Origin: Octopus sinensis
Lineage: Eukaryota
Direction of reading: 5' to 3'
Assembly (NCBI RefSeq): GCF_006345805.1
Contig: NC_042997.1
Coordinates: forward strand, 14,694,001 to 14,758,000
DNA length: 64,000 bases
In this document: piece by piece, positions 53,852-64,000 of the stretch
How the letters are laid out: every line of letters begins with the position of its first letter
Numbering within the stretch: position 1 is the first letter of the stretch
Program-made: the position numbers and the translations under genes
Notes under the pieces: model-generated
Told to the model about the DNA's origin: nothing
What the model saw: only the letters and a program-made list of their open reading frames with translations
The model's database searches: none

Positions 53852-55476
53852 CATCCTTCATAAACACTTTGCATGTAAAAATTTTAATATTTATTCCAAC
53901 AGGCCTTAATTTATTTGGCTGTGGATTGTATACTGAACATTCTATGAAAAATTTACCTGTAATAGTGTGGTGCTTTATCTGTAAAAAAAGCTTAAGTCTC
54001 ATCAATGTAAAGATATCAAGACAGGAGATTAATACCAGACATATGGCTCAGGAGTGAACTAAGAATGTAGTTCATTATAGAATTAATATCAGAAAATGTT
54101 ATAAGAAAGATATTTTAATTGCAGTAAGCGTGAAGCAAAATAAACAAAAAATTTTTTAAAAAAACAATTTCTAAATAGATTTTCCTATCGCAAGGATATT
54201 TTAATAATGGGTTAGGGGGAGTCAATAATAATAAATATAATAAAAGTAAAATATGTAATGAGTGGTAACCAAGCTAAGTATTGAAAAGCAGGCATTCGAT
54301 CAATGATTATAATGTGTCTTCAAAGAAACACTCAGGCCATACAGCGAAGAGGTTATTGTTTAATTGCTCACTTCTTTCTTTACCTCTGTTGAATATTGTA
54401 TATGTGTATATGTATGTATGCATGTATGTATAAGGGTACTTAGGAAACAGTGACCCATTAACATGGAAATCAGTTCAATTTTAGACTTACTTTCATGATT
54501 CAGATGAAGCATACTAAGAAATTTGGGACAGATTCTTAGAGATCTCACAAATGCTTTTGTTTGAAAAAATCGACAAAAATAGACTAAGTAAAAAATAGAG
54601 CATGTAATTAGAGAAAAGGAAGAGCCATGGTAAAGGAAAAAAGCAATTTCCTTAAAGGTAAATAATGGACTGAAAAACACCATAGTAGAGGCTATAGAAG
54701 AAAAGAGAAAGAGATAAACTCCATACCAAAAACGTTGATGCAGAGACTGAATCATTTGCTATTCAAAATTTCTACACCAGTTAGTATTCCCATTTCCATA
54801 TATCACTGCCCAACACCCCAACTCTCCTAACACTCCTAAACCCTTTCTCATATCCAAACCTAGACTTTAGTATCTCTGACCCTGTTAGATTGTCTGACCA
54901 CTGTTTAATAAAAGCAACACTCCTTCCTATCTTCCAACTGCAATGATCCTTGCCCCAGTCACCCCAAACACTCTACTTGTTCTAGTAAGCTAACAGGCTG
55001 GAACAATGCCAGTTCACTACTCACTACCCATAGTAGCAAATGTGCTTTACTTCCGACCCATCAGTGATCATTAAGCATAGGATCAATAACTTCCTCCTAG
55101 AGATGCCTCTCCGCATCATTCATACAACCACCACCCCCAACTCCAAAACCTGCAAATATTTTACTTGCAGTTTATGTTGCAGCTGAACAAATGCAGAATG
55201 CTATTTACAACACAACTAGAAGATATTTACCCACAACTATAATGAAAGACATTCATCAGAAAAGTAAAGAACACTTTAGTAGATTACATACAATACAACT
55301 TCTCTTCCCCACCAAATTTTGCAGGGGACCAAGAGTTTTAGTCCCCTGCAAAAAGAGACTCTCAACTGGACAGTGCAGATTCTTCCTACCAGTTATTTCT
55401 CAGCAAATATTATTTCTCTATAAGAAACACTTCTAACACTGGACTTCAGAAGCCACCATCATCTTTGTCATTGTTT

Positions 55477-55707
55477 ATTTCTTTATTGCCCACAAGGGGC
55501 TAAACATAGAGGGGACAAACAAGGACAGACAAAGGGATTAAGTCAATTATATCGACCCCAGTGTGTAACTGATACTTATTTAATCGACCCCGAAAGGATG
55601 AAAGGCAAAGTCGACCTCAGCGGAATTTGAACTCAGAACGTAGCAGCAGACGAAATACCGCTAGGCAGTTCGCCTGGCCTCCTAACGTTTCTGCCAGTTT
55701 GCCGCCC
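55477..55707 (-). mobile_element. Nin/Deu-like SINE
   Basis: Same family. Other copies at about 18030-18180(-), 18950-19170(+), 35085-35289(-), 36850-37046(+), 37082-37290(+), 48060-48280(-), 49350-49560(+), 56270-56490(+) and 63934-64000(+). Confidence 0.75.
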
Positions 55708-57973
55708 TTTGTTATTGTTGTCATCATCATCATCATTATCATTTGTTCAAGTTGTTTACATCCAAAGTTCAAATCCTGTCAAAGCCAACTTTACCTTTCA
55801 TCCCTGACGGGTTGATAAAATAAATTACCAGTCAATTATTGAGGGCAATGGAACTGACAGGCCCCTTCCCCTCAAAATTGCTCACCTTGTGTCTAAATCA
55901 GATTTCATTAGTATTATAGCAGTGCAGTAGCAAAATCAATAGAGCACTTTCAAAATGCTTTATGATATTTATTTATGTCCCTTTAGAGCTTGAGTTCAAA
56001 TCCCACCAGAATCAATTAGTATTACATCTTTGCAGTCATAACTGGGTCAGTGTAATTTACCTTTCAATTTGTGACATTGTTCCAATCATCATCATCACCA
56101 TCATCGTCTAAAGTCCGTTTTCCATGCTGGCATGGGTTGGATAGTTTGACTGGGGACTGGGTTTGACTGGGGCTGGCACACGCTGGAGGTGTACTACAGT
56201 GTCAGCTGTTCACAACCAGTGAACTAAGGTAACACCCTTTCTTTTTCGAGCATTATTATTATTATTATTATTATTATTGCAGTAAGCTGACAAGATCATT
56301 AAAACACTGCGCAACATGCTTTGCAGCAGTTCTGACTTATTACATTCTGAGTTCAAATTCCACCAAAGTTCACTTTGCCTTTCATCCTTTCAGGGTCAAT
56401 AAAATAAGTACCAGTTGAGCACTGAGGTTGATGTAATCAATTTATCCTCTTCTCTCAAAATTGTTTGTCTTGTACCAAAATTAGAAAGAAAAGATATTAT
56501 TGTCATTGCTGTTGTTGTCGGTGTTGCAGTGTTTATCCAAAACTATTTCATGCTTCATCAGTCTGTTCTAAGAATAGGACATAATTTTTTTCCCTTAATC
56601 TTCATTCAATAATATTGAGTTTGTGTTTTTTTTATTCTTACACAATCTTCATCCTACCCATTAGACATCAACAAAAATTAATCTTCAGAACTTTATCTAA
56701 TTTGATTTAAGCAGTATGGTAGTAGTTTTCCAAGTTGATAAACCAAACATATTTATCAATGGTAGAATTAAAACCATATTGTCCTATATTCTTTCAATAA
56801 TAGATTACAGCTATAATTTGAAGGAAAACTAAGACTTAAAAAGCAAAGGAGTCAGAGAAGAGAAAGAAATCAATGATATTTTTTTTTCTTCTCTGTTGAA
56901 ATATTTAGTAGTCACTAAAAATAAAGTATTAAAAATTAACTTATAACTGCATAGTGTTTAGCACACACAAAAATAAATTAAATTAAATATGTCAGTTCAA
57001 AAGCAAAAACTGAAATGTTGAATCTAGCAGAAACAACATTAGTACTGTGGGTGTAAGTCCATCAAGTTTGAGGAACAGAGAGCATTTGTATGGAAATATT
57101 ATCACACATTTGTGTGCGCCAAAAGTAACAGATTGTAAGCAGAAAAATAAAATAAAAACATGCTGAATGAAAATTTGATCTGTTAGAATGCTTCAATAGA
57201 CATAGAATCGATATGGTGATATTTAAGAGCCATTTTGCAGAAAAATTTACTCTTTACTATTTAATGGTTAAATAAATTATCATTCTCATCATTTAACATC
57301 TACTTTTCCAAGTATGCATGGGTCAGACAGAATTTGTTGAGGTAGATTTTTTCCGCAGCCAGATGCCCTTCTTGTCACTAGCCTTCACTTATTTCCAAGA
57401 AAGGCAATATTTCTGATGGCCTGATATAAAGACTGGAAACAAAGAACACTGCTTGTATGACAGTGATGCTCATTTACAAGCACGTGACGTCAAGACAAGG
57501 GTACATACAAACTCGCTCATGCACACATATCCATAAACTTGAATATATGAGAGGATTCTTTCAGTTTCTACCAACTAAATTCAGTCACAAAGCTTTGGTC
57601 AGCCGGGGTCTATAGAAGAAAGCATTTGCCCAAAGTGCCACACAGTGGGACTGAACCCAAGATCATATATCTGGTTAGGAAGCAAGCTTCTAAACCAAAC
57701 AGCCAGGCCTGAGTCAGGATACAATTTGTTTGCTTTGGCATTGTTTCTATGGCTGGATTGCTTTCCTAACACCATCCATTTTACAGAGTATACCAGGAGT
57801 TTTACATGGCACCAGCACCAGTGTTTTATACATGGTACCAGCACAAGTCAGTTTTATGTGGCACCAGCATGGTTGCTTTTCATGTGGCACCAGCATGGGT
57901 GTTTTTTATGTGATACCAACATAAAGGCATTTTATGTGGCACCTGCATGAGGGCATTTTATATGGTACCAACA

Positions 57974-58296
57974 CATCATCATCATCATCGTTTAACGTCC
58001 ACTTTCCATGCTAGCATGGGTAGGACGATTTGACTGAGGACTGGCGAATCAGATGGCTGTGCCAGGCTCCAATCTGATCTGGCAGAATTTCTACAGCTGG
58101 ATGCCCTTCCTAATGCCAACCACTCTGAGAGTGTAGTGGGTGCTTTTAACATGCCACCGGCACGAGGGCCACTCTGGCGGTACTGGCAATGGCCACGCTC
58201 AAAAATGGTGATTTTTACATGCCACCTGCACAGGAGTTAGTCCAGCAGCACTGGCAACAACCTCGCTTGAATGTTTTGTTCACGTGCCACCGGCAC
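57974..58296 (-). mobile_element. RTE 3'UTR-type repeat
   Basis: Same family. An older decayed copy lies at about 57720-57970 and another at about 4461-4793 (+). Confidence 0.75.
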
Positions 58297-59411
58297 ATAT
58301 ATATATGTGATGGGCTTGTTTTAGTTTCTGTCTACCAAATTCACTCACAAGGTTTTGGCTAACCTGAGACTGTAGAAGGAGACACTTGCCCAAAGCGTCA
58401 CACAATGGAACTGAATCTGAAACTATGTAGTTGGGAAGCAGGCTTCTTAACCTCACAGCCATGACTACACCATCAATAGCAAGAAAAATATATTTAATAG
58501 CAACAGGGGAAAAAAATGATTAAATTAATGGTAGGTGAGAAATGTTTTTGTTCTGAGTTATTCACAGTTATTCAATATCATCTCCAATCATTCTACTTGA
58601 TCTAGTAGTTCATCTAGAAACAGAATGATTAAGGAAGAAATTGAGAAACTATGTCAAAATTGCAGAAGGTAACACGTATTGCTGTATATGTACAGTAAAC
58701 AAATAAAGGAACAGTGATTATAAAAATAGTCTTACATCAATGCGTAGTAATTTGACTTGTTTTATATTTGTATGAGTTGAATAGATTGCCAAGAAATACT
58801 ATAGTCAATAAAAAATACAACGAAAATAGAGTTCATATCTGTGTTAAGGACAATATTAAGAGAAACAGATTATAAATGATTAAAAGAAAAATAACAATAG
58901 ATAACAGTATATTTTGTATACATATCAAAACATACAGGATGTATTGAATTAATGGATAAATCTGAAATCTAAAATTATTGATATGCTCAGAATCAGAGCC
59001 AAAAATCAATCAAGATATTTTTTTAAAAGTTTCCATTTCTAATATAATAGAAAAAAAAATAAAATGAAATGAAATGCAAAAAAAAAAAAAGCCAGCTTAG
59101 CAAAAGCAACCCATATTCTCTACACTGATAGAGTTTTTTTGCTGATTAATTTGGTATTGAGGGAAATACAACACTAAAATCTAAATATAACTTGACTAGA
59201 TGTCTAATTATATATGTCTTCATCTATTTTATTAACTTTGGCTAATTTGTGAGCATTTTCAGGCAATCGTTATTAATTACTGACTTGAAATTTCAAGTAA
59301 CACATTTTAACCTATTTTTTAAATACATTATTCTAAATATATAAGCTGTTTGGTTAAAGTTGGAAATTCTGTTATATTATCATTTCTTTGGAATTAGGGT
59401 CCAAAAGATAT

Positions 59412-59814
59412 ACTCTTTACTCTTACTCTTTTACTTGTTTCAGTCATTTGACTGCGGCCATGCTGGAGCACCGCCTTTAATCGAGCAACTCGACCCCGGG
59501 ACTTATTCTTTTGTAAGCCCAGTACTTATTCTATCGGTCTCTTTTGCCGAACCGCTAAGTAACGGGGACATAAACACACCAGCATCGGTTGTCAAGCAAT
59601 GCTAGGGGAACAAACACAGACACACAAACACATACATATGCATATAAACGACGGGCTTCTTTCAGTTTCCGTCTACCAAATCCACTCACAAGGCTTTGGT
59701 CGGCCCGAAGCTATAGTAGAAGACACTTGCCCAAGGTGCCACGCAGTGGGACTGAACCCGGAACCATGTGGTTGGTAAACAAGCTACTTACCACACAGGC
59801 ACTCCTGCGCCTAT
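59412..59814 (-). mobile_element. tRNA-derived SINE, same family, 5' end fused to U6 fragment
   Basis: Full-length copy. Its 5' ATAGGCGCAGG directly follows the U6 poly-T. Confidence 0.85.
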
Positions 59815-59858
59815 AAAAAAATATGGAGCGCTTCACGAATTTGCGTGTCATCCTTGCG
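59815..59858 (-). pseudogene. U6: U6 snRNA 3'-terminal fragment (retrocopy)
   Basis: CGCAAGGATGACACGCAAATTCGTGAAGCGCTCCATATTTTTTT matches the U6 3' end with one substitution (GCGTTCC>GCGCTCC). The 5' part of U6 is absent. Confidence 0.9.
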
Positions 59859-60797
59859 TCATACCATAATATGTTTGTAGCTCTTTTTGCATTTATTACA
59901 ATGAACTCATAAAAACAAATTTCTCTTGTTTTCACCATTTTAGATCTAGGATAATCTCTTAAGAAGTCATTCTTACAAGTTTGCTTTTTTTATATTTGAA
60001 TTTTTTTTTTTTTTAAAGAAGACATAAATCTTACAGTCTACAGGGTATTAGCAGCTGAAGTGAGAACAGTTCATTCTATCCCATGTACAACTACATTGCT
60101 TTCCTGGAAAGAGCCTTATATATCTATAAGTATTAAGGTCATATTGCATTGACAGGACAATTATGCAAGTAGCTTGCAATTCTTTCTATTAGCAATTGAT
60201 CAGAAATTAAGAAGGTTAATTACACATCTGTTTAAGCAAGTTTGAACATCTGTTGCAGTTTAACATATTTCAATGATAAAAAATGAAATATTAACTGTCA
60301 CAAAGTATTGCCTAAGAATATTGCTGTTGCGAGAGGAAGATAAGAGACTTTATTTAATAAATTTGAAAATTAAAAGTATTTTACTAATCCCTATTCTCTT
60401 AAGAGACAGTAATCTCCCATATTATACTTGTATTCTATTATATTTTTGTAGCTTTAATTCTCCAAAGATGGCAAAGCTTTGTCATTAAATTTTCACTCTG
60501 TTGCAATGATTTATACCAGGTCACTAGCTCATTCCTAATCCACATTTTAATTTCACTAATTTCATCGTTATCATCATTATTTAATGTTCACTTTTCCACA
60601 CTTGCATGGGTCAGACAGTATTTGTTGAAGCAACATTTTAATAGATGGATACCCTTTCTGTCATCTGCCACCACTTGTTTCTAAGCAAGGTAATATTCCC
60701 CATGGTGTGACATATATTTTACAAAAGGCAACATCACATCTATAATGATGATGATGCTCATTTACAACCATCAGATGTATAGATACACACACACATA

Positions 60798-61309
60798 CCA
60801 TAAATCCTCAAGTATAGTCCACCCTTGAGTATAACATGCAGGAGATTTTTAGGGGGCTGTACCTCTGAAAAACCTAAACCTTGTGTATAATACGCACCCC
60901 TTCTCTAACTTGAGTCAAGGAGGTCTATATAAAGTCCTTGGTTTGTAAAAACGTATACGGTATCGTCCTTTATTATTATTGTATATATAACATAATGCAA
61001 ATGTGTAGCTTTTTTGTGCATTTTGTTTGCAGAAAATAAAGAGATAACAGTAATAACATTTAAGAAATGTTGCTTACTGCAAGTTATGGATGATTCTTTT
61101 ATGACTTCATTGCTTTCAGGCTGAACTTGAGGTATTTTCGTGCCCGACATCACAAAATGCGTCTGAATAAACATTGCCAGTCAGCAAAGAGAGACTCGGA
61201 CATTGCTTAGAAAATAATTTTCATTTTTAACCTTGTATATAGTACGCACTAGGGATTTTGACCTTTAAATTTTAGGAAAAAAATGCGGATTATACATGAG
61301 GATTTACAG
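60798..61309. mobile_element. Non-autonomous Tc1/mariner-pogo-type MITE (512 bp)
   Basis: TIRs CCATAAATCCTCAAGTATAGTCC / CTGTAAATCCTCATGTATAATCC, TA duplication on both sides, no ORF. Confidence 0.8.
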
Positions 61310-61683
61310 TACATATATGCCAAGCTTTCAGTTTACTTACACATACACATATATATGTGTGGAAGAAGTCTGTCTTATATGTATGTATGACAGGCTTCTT
61401 CCAGTTTCTGTCTACCAAGTTCACTCACAAAGCTTTGGTCAGCATCAGCTCAGGGCTATAGTAGAAGAGACTTGCCCAAGGTGCAAGTAGTGGGAATGAA
61501 CCCACAACCACCTGGTTGGAAAGCAAGCTTCTCAACCACATAGCCACGTGTTTTCTACTATAGCTCTGGGCTAATCAATGCCTTGTGAGCGAATTTGGTA
61601 CATAGAACCTGTGATAAGGCCCACTGTATGTGTGTGTGTGTGTGTGTGTGTGCATGTGTGTGTGAGAGAGAGAGAGAAGGGGG

Positions 61684-62569
61684 TCCTATTTTCAAAATTT
61701 TTTCTGTCTGCACCGTTGTCTTGTGTGGTGCCAGTGAATGAAAAAAACTGAGTTATACAAAGTGACAGGGCTCTAAAACCATTTTTGTGGCTATTCAAGC
61801 CTCCTGAAGTTGAAAAATTGGCCATTTTTATTGTGCTTGTCTAGTGTCAAATTGAAAGCTATCCATTTAATGTTTGTTTTGTAAATCTCATGCGGATCAA
61901 AATTATGCTAGAAAATTACAGTGTAAGTGTAAAACTCATTTCTAATGACTTCATAAGCAGCACAAAGTTGTATGGTTGACTAAAAATCTTAAAATCTACT
62001 AGATGTTGAACAACCATGAATAAGAGAGAACAAAGGAACTCTCCACATGAACAAAAGGGTAATGAACCTGAACTGCAGCCTCCTGGAATGGCAGTTAAAT
62101 GTATTTCAAATATTTCAGCAGGGTTTCCCATGCATAAGTGTTAAGTGAACAACGAACATCTAGTCATAATATTTCCTGTTAAAAATCAGCTGAATAGGTA
62201 TGTACTGAAGTTTCTTTTTATAGTACAACTTGGAAAGTTCTTGTTGATTTATGATTAAAAAATTTTTGCCAACCATATTACATTGCGCTTGTCATAAAAT
62301 CATTAAAATTAAATTATGCACTTGCAGCATAATTTTCTAGCATAATGTAGATCCACATGAGACTTATGAAACAAATATTAAACAGATACATTTCAATTTG
62401 ACACTAGACGAGCACAATAAAAATGGCCAATTTTTCAACTTCAGGAGGCTTGTGTAGCCACAGGAATAGTTTTAGAGTTCTGTCACTTTGTATAACTCAT
62501 TTTTTACATCCACTGGCACCACTCAACACAATGGTACAGTCAGAAAAAATTTTAACCTTGAAAATGGGA
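61684..62569. mobile_element. Fold-back/long-TIR non-autonomous element (about 235-bp TIRs)
   Basis: 61684-61918 is a diverged reverse complement of 62330-62569 (both give the spurious ORF start MANFSTSGGL in opposite directions). No TSD is discernible. Confidence 0.7.
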
Positions 62570-62722
62570 TGTGGCTGCGTGTTAAGATGCTTGCTTCCCA
62601 ACCACATGGTTCGAGGTTCAGTCCACTATGTGGCACCCTGGGCAAGTGTCTTCTACTATAGCCTTGGGCCGACCAAAGCCTTGTGAGTGGATTTGGTACA
62701 CGGAAACTGAAAGAAGCCCATC

Positions 62723-62767
<45 letters not shown>

Positions 62768-62836
62768 GAGTTTATGAAAAAAACAAAAGACGAAGACAAA
62801 CAGATGTATTAGTATAATGCTCAGGAATAGAAAAAG

Positions 62837-62874
62837 TCTTTTATGTTTCGAGCCTATGCTCTTCTACAGAAAGA
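62837..62874 (-). ncRNA. Variant hammerhead-like motif (CUGUAGA core), copy 1
   Basis: TCTTT-CTGTAGA-A-GAGC-ATAG-GCTC-GAAAC-AT-A-AAAGA: helices I and II intact, A6>U core change, helix III mismatch consistent with CpG decay of ACGT. Confidence 0.4.
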
Positions 62875-62947
62875 GACACAGAAAAAACAAGGAAAGAAAC
62901 AAGGAGAGAAAAAATGTGTGTAGTGGCAAACGATCAATCATGGCAAC

Positions 62948-62984
<37 letters not shown>

Positions 62985-63064
62985 ATATATAGGGTGAGTT
63001 TATGAAAAAAACAAAAGACGAAGACAAACAGATGTATTAGTATAATGCTCAGGAATAGAAAAAG

Positions 63065-63102
63065 TCTTTTATGTTTCGAGCCTATGCTCTTCTACAGAAA
63101 GA
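63065..63102 (-). ncRNA. Variant hammerhead-like motif, copy 2
   Basis: Identical to the 62837-62874 copy, offset 228 bp. Confidence 0.4.
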
Positions 63103-63171
63103 GACACAGAAAAAACAAGGAAAGAAACAAGGAGAGAAAAAATGTGTGTAGTGGCAAACGATCAATCATGG

Positions 63172-63216
<45 letters not shown>

Positions 63217-64000
63217 GCATGTGCTGTCAGTAATTACTTAGGGTAGGCAGTTGGTGACTTGTATGTAGTAAAACATACAAAAAAATAAATGAACCACAGG
63301 TGCACAACTGAGTTGAAGGCTAATTTACTTCTGCCTTTATAGCATGTAAAGAAAATGGTGTTGTAGAAGTGTAAGCAGCCCGTATACTACAACACTACTA
63401 TGCATAGATTCAATACTGAGACTGAAAAGCAGGGACAAATTATGCCTACCTAATCTACAAAAAAATAAAACATTTTGCATTTTATGCATAGTAATGAGAC
63501 TAACCTCCATAATTTTATCAAATTAGGTGCATATTTTGCCATAAAAGGAAAATGTTGCTATCAATCTATTTTATTCAAGGTAGGCACTGCCTATCTAAGC
63601 GGCATGTCCCTGATATGTATGTATATATGTATGCATGTATTTGTGTGTCTGTGTTTGTTCCCCCACACCATTACTTGACAACTGATGTTGGTATGTTTAC
63701 ATCCCCATAACTTAGCAGTTCAGCAAAAGAGACTGATAGAATAAGTACTAGGCTTACAAAGAAATAGTCCTGGGGTCGATTTTTTTGACTAAAGGCAGTG
63801 CTCCAGCATGGCCACAGTCAAATGACTGAAACAAAATAAAAGAAGATAAGGACATATATTACACATCTGTTTGTATGTCAGTGTTTATATTTTGTCCCCC
63901 GCCACCATTAGACAACTGGTATTGATTTGTTTAAAGGCGGCGAGCTGGCAGAAACGTTAGCACACCGGGCGAAATGCTTAGCAGTATTTCATCTATCGTT

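Larger units (their letters stand above)
62764..63176. repeat. Tandem duplication, 185-bp identical units, period 228 bp, embedded in (TA)n
   Basis: 62764-62948 = 62992-63176. Confidence 0.95.

Noticed and set aside
54360-54930. 131-aa minus ORF and a plus-strand SDH-containing stretch (DPVRLSDHCLIKATL)
   Set aside because: The ORF lacks homology signals. The SDH stretch may be a LINE endonuclease scrap but is too short to call.

Overview
This is AT-rich, microsatellite-dense and TE-dense eukaryotic DNA. The SINE/RTE families look cephalopod (Octopus-like); that assignment is an inference from family recognition. The only host gene I can support is a minus-strand PQ-loop transporter gene (PQLC1/SLC66A2-like). 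It has three coding exons with canonical, phase-compatible splice sites: 28740-28508 (ATG at 28725), 22090-21954 and 2475-2259. Its last exon must lie left of the window, and no first exon or promoter is identifiable. The rest is TE debris: a DD37D (maT) Tc1/mariner, two deleted mariners, TA- and TTAA-targeting MITEs, RTE/R4-like/CR1-L2 LINE remnants, a rearranged Ty3/Gypsy remnant, several tRNA-derived SINE families and minisatellites. The most interesting unexplained signals are: (i) several unrelated hammerhead-ribozyme folds of the Penelope-like/retrozyme type, most inside the 19.5-kb PQLC1 intron, including a canonical one at 7751-7808, an inverted pair at 15292-15562 and a tandem pair at 62764-63176; (ii) a U6 snRNA 3'-end fused to the 5' end of a SINE; and (iii) several long intronic fold-backs close to exons that could be dsRNA/ADAR substrates. 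All folds were done by eye and need computational and experimental checks.
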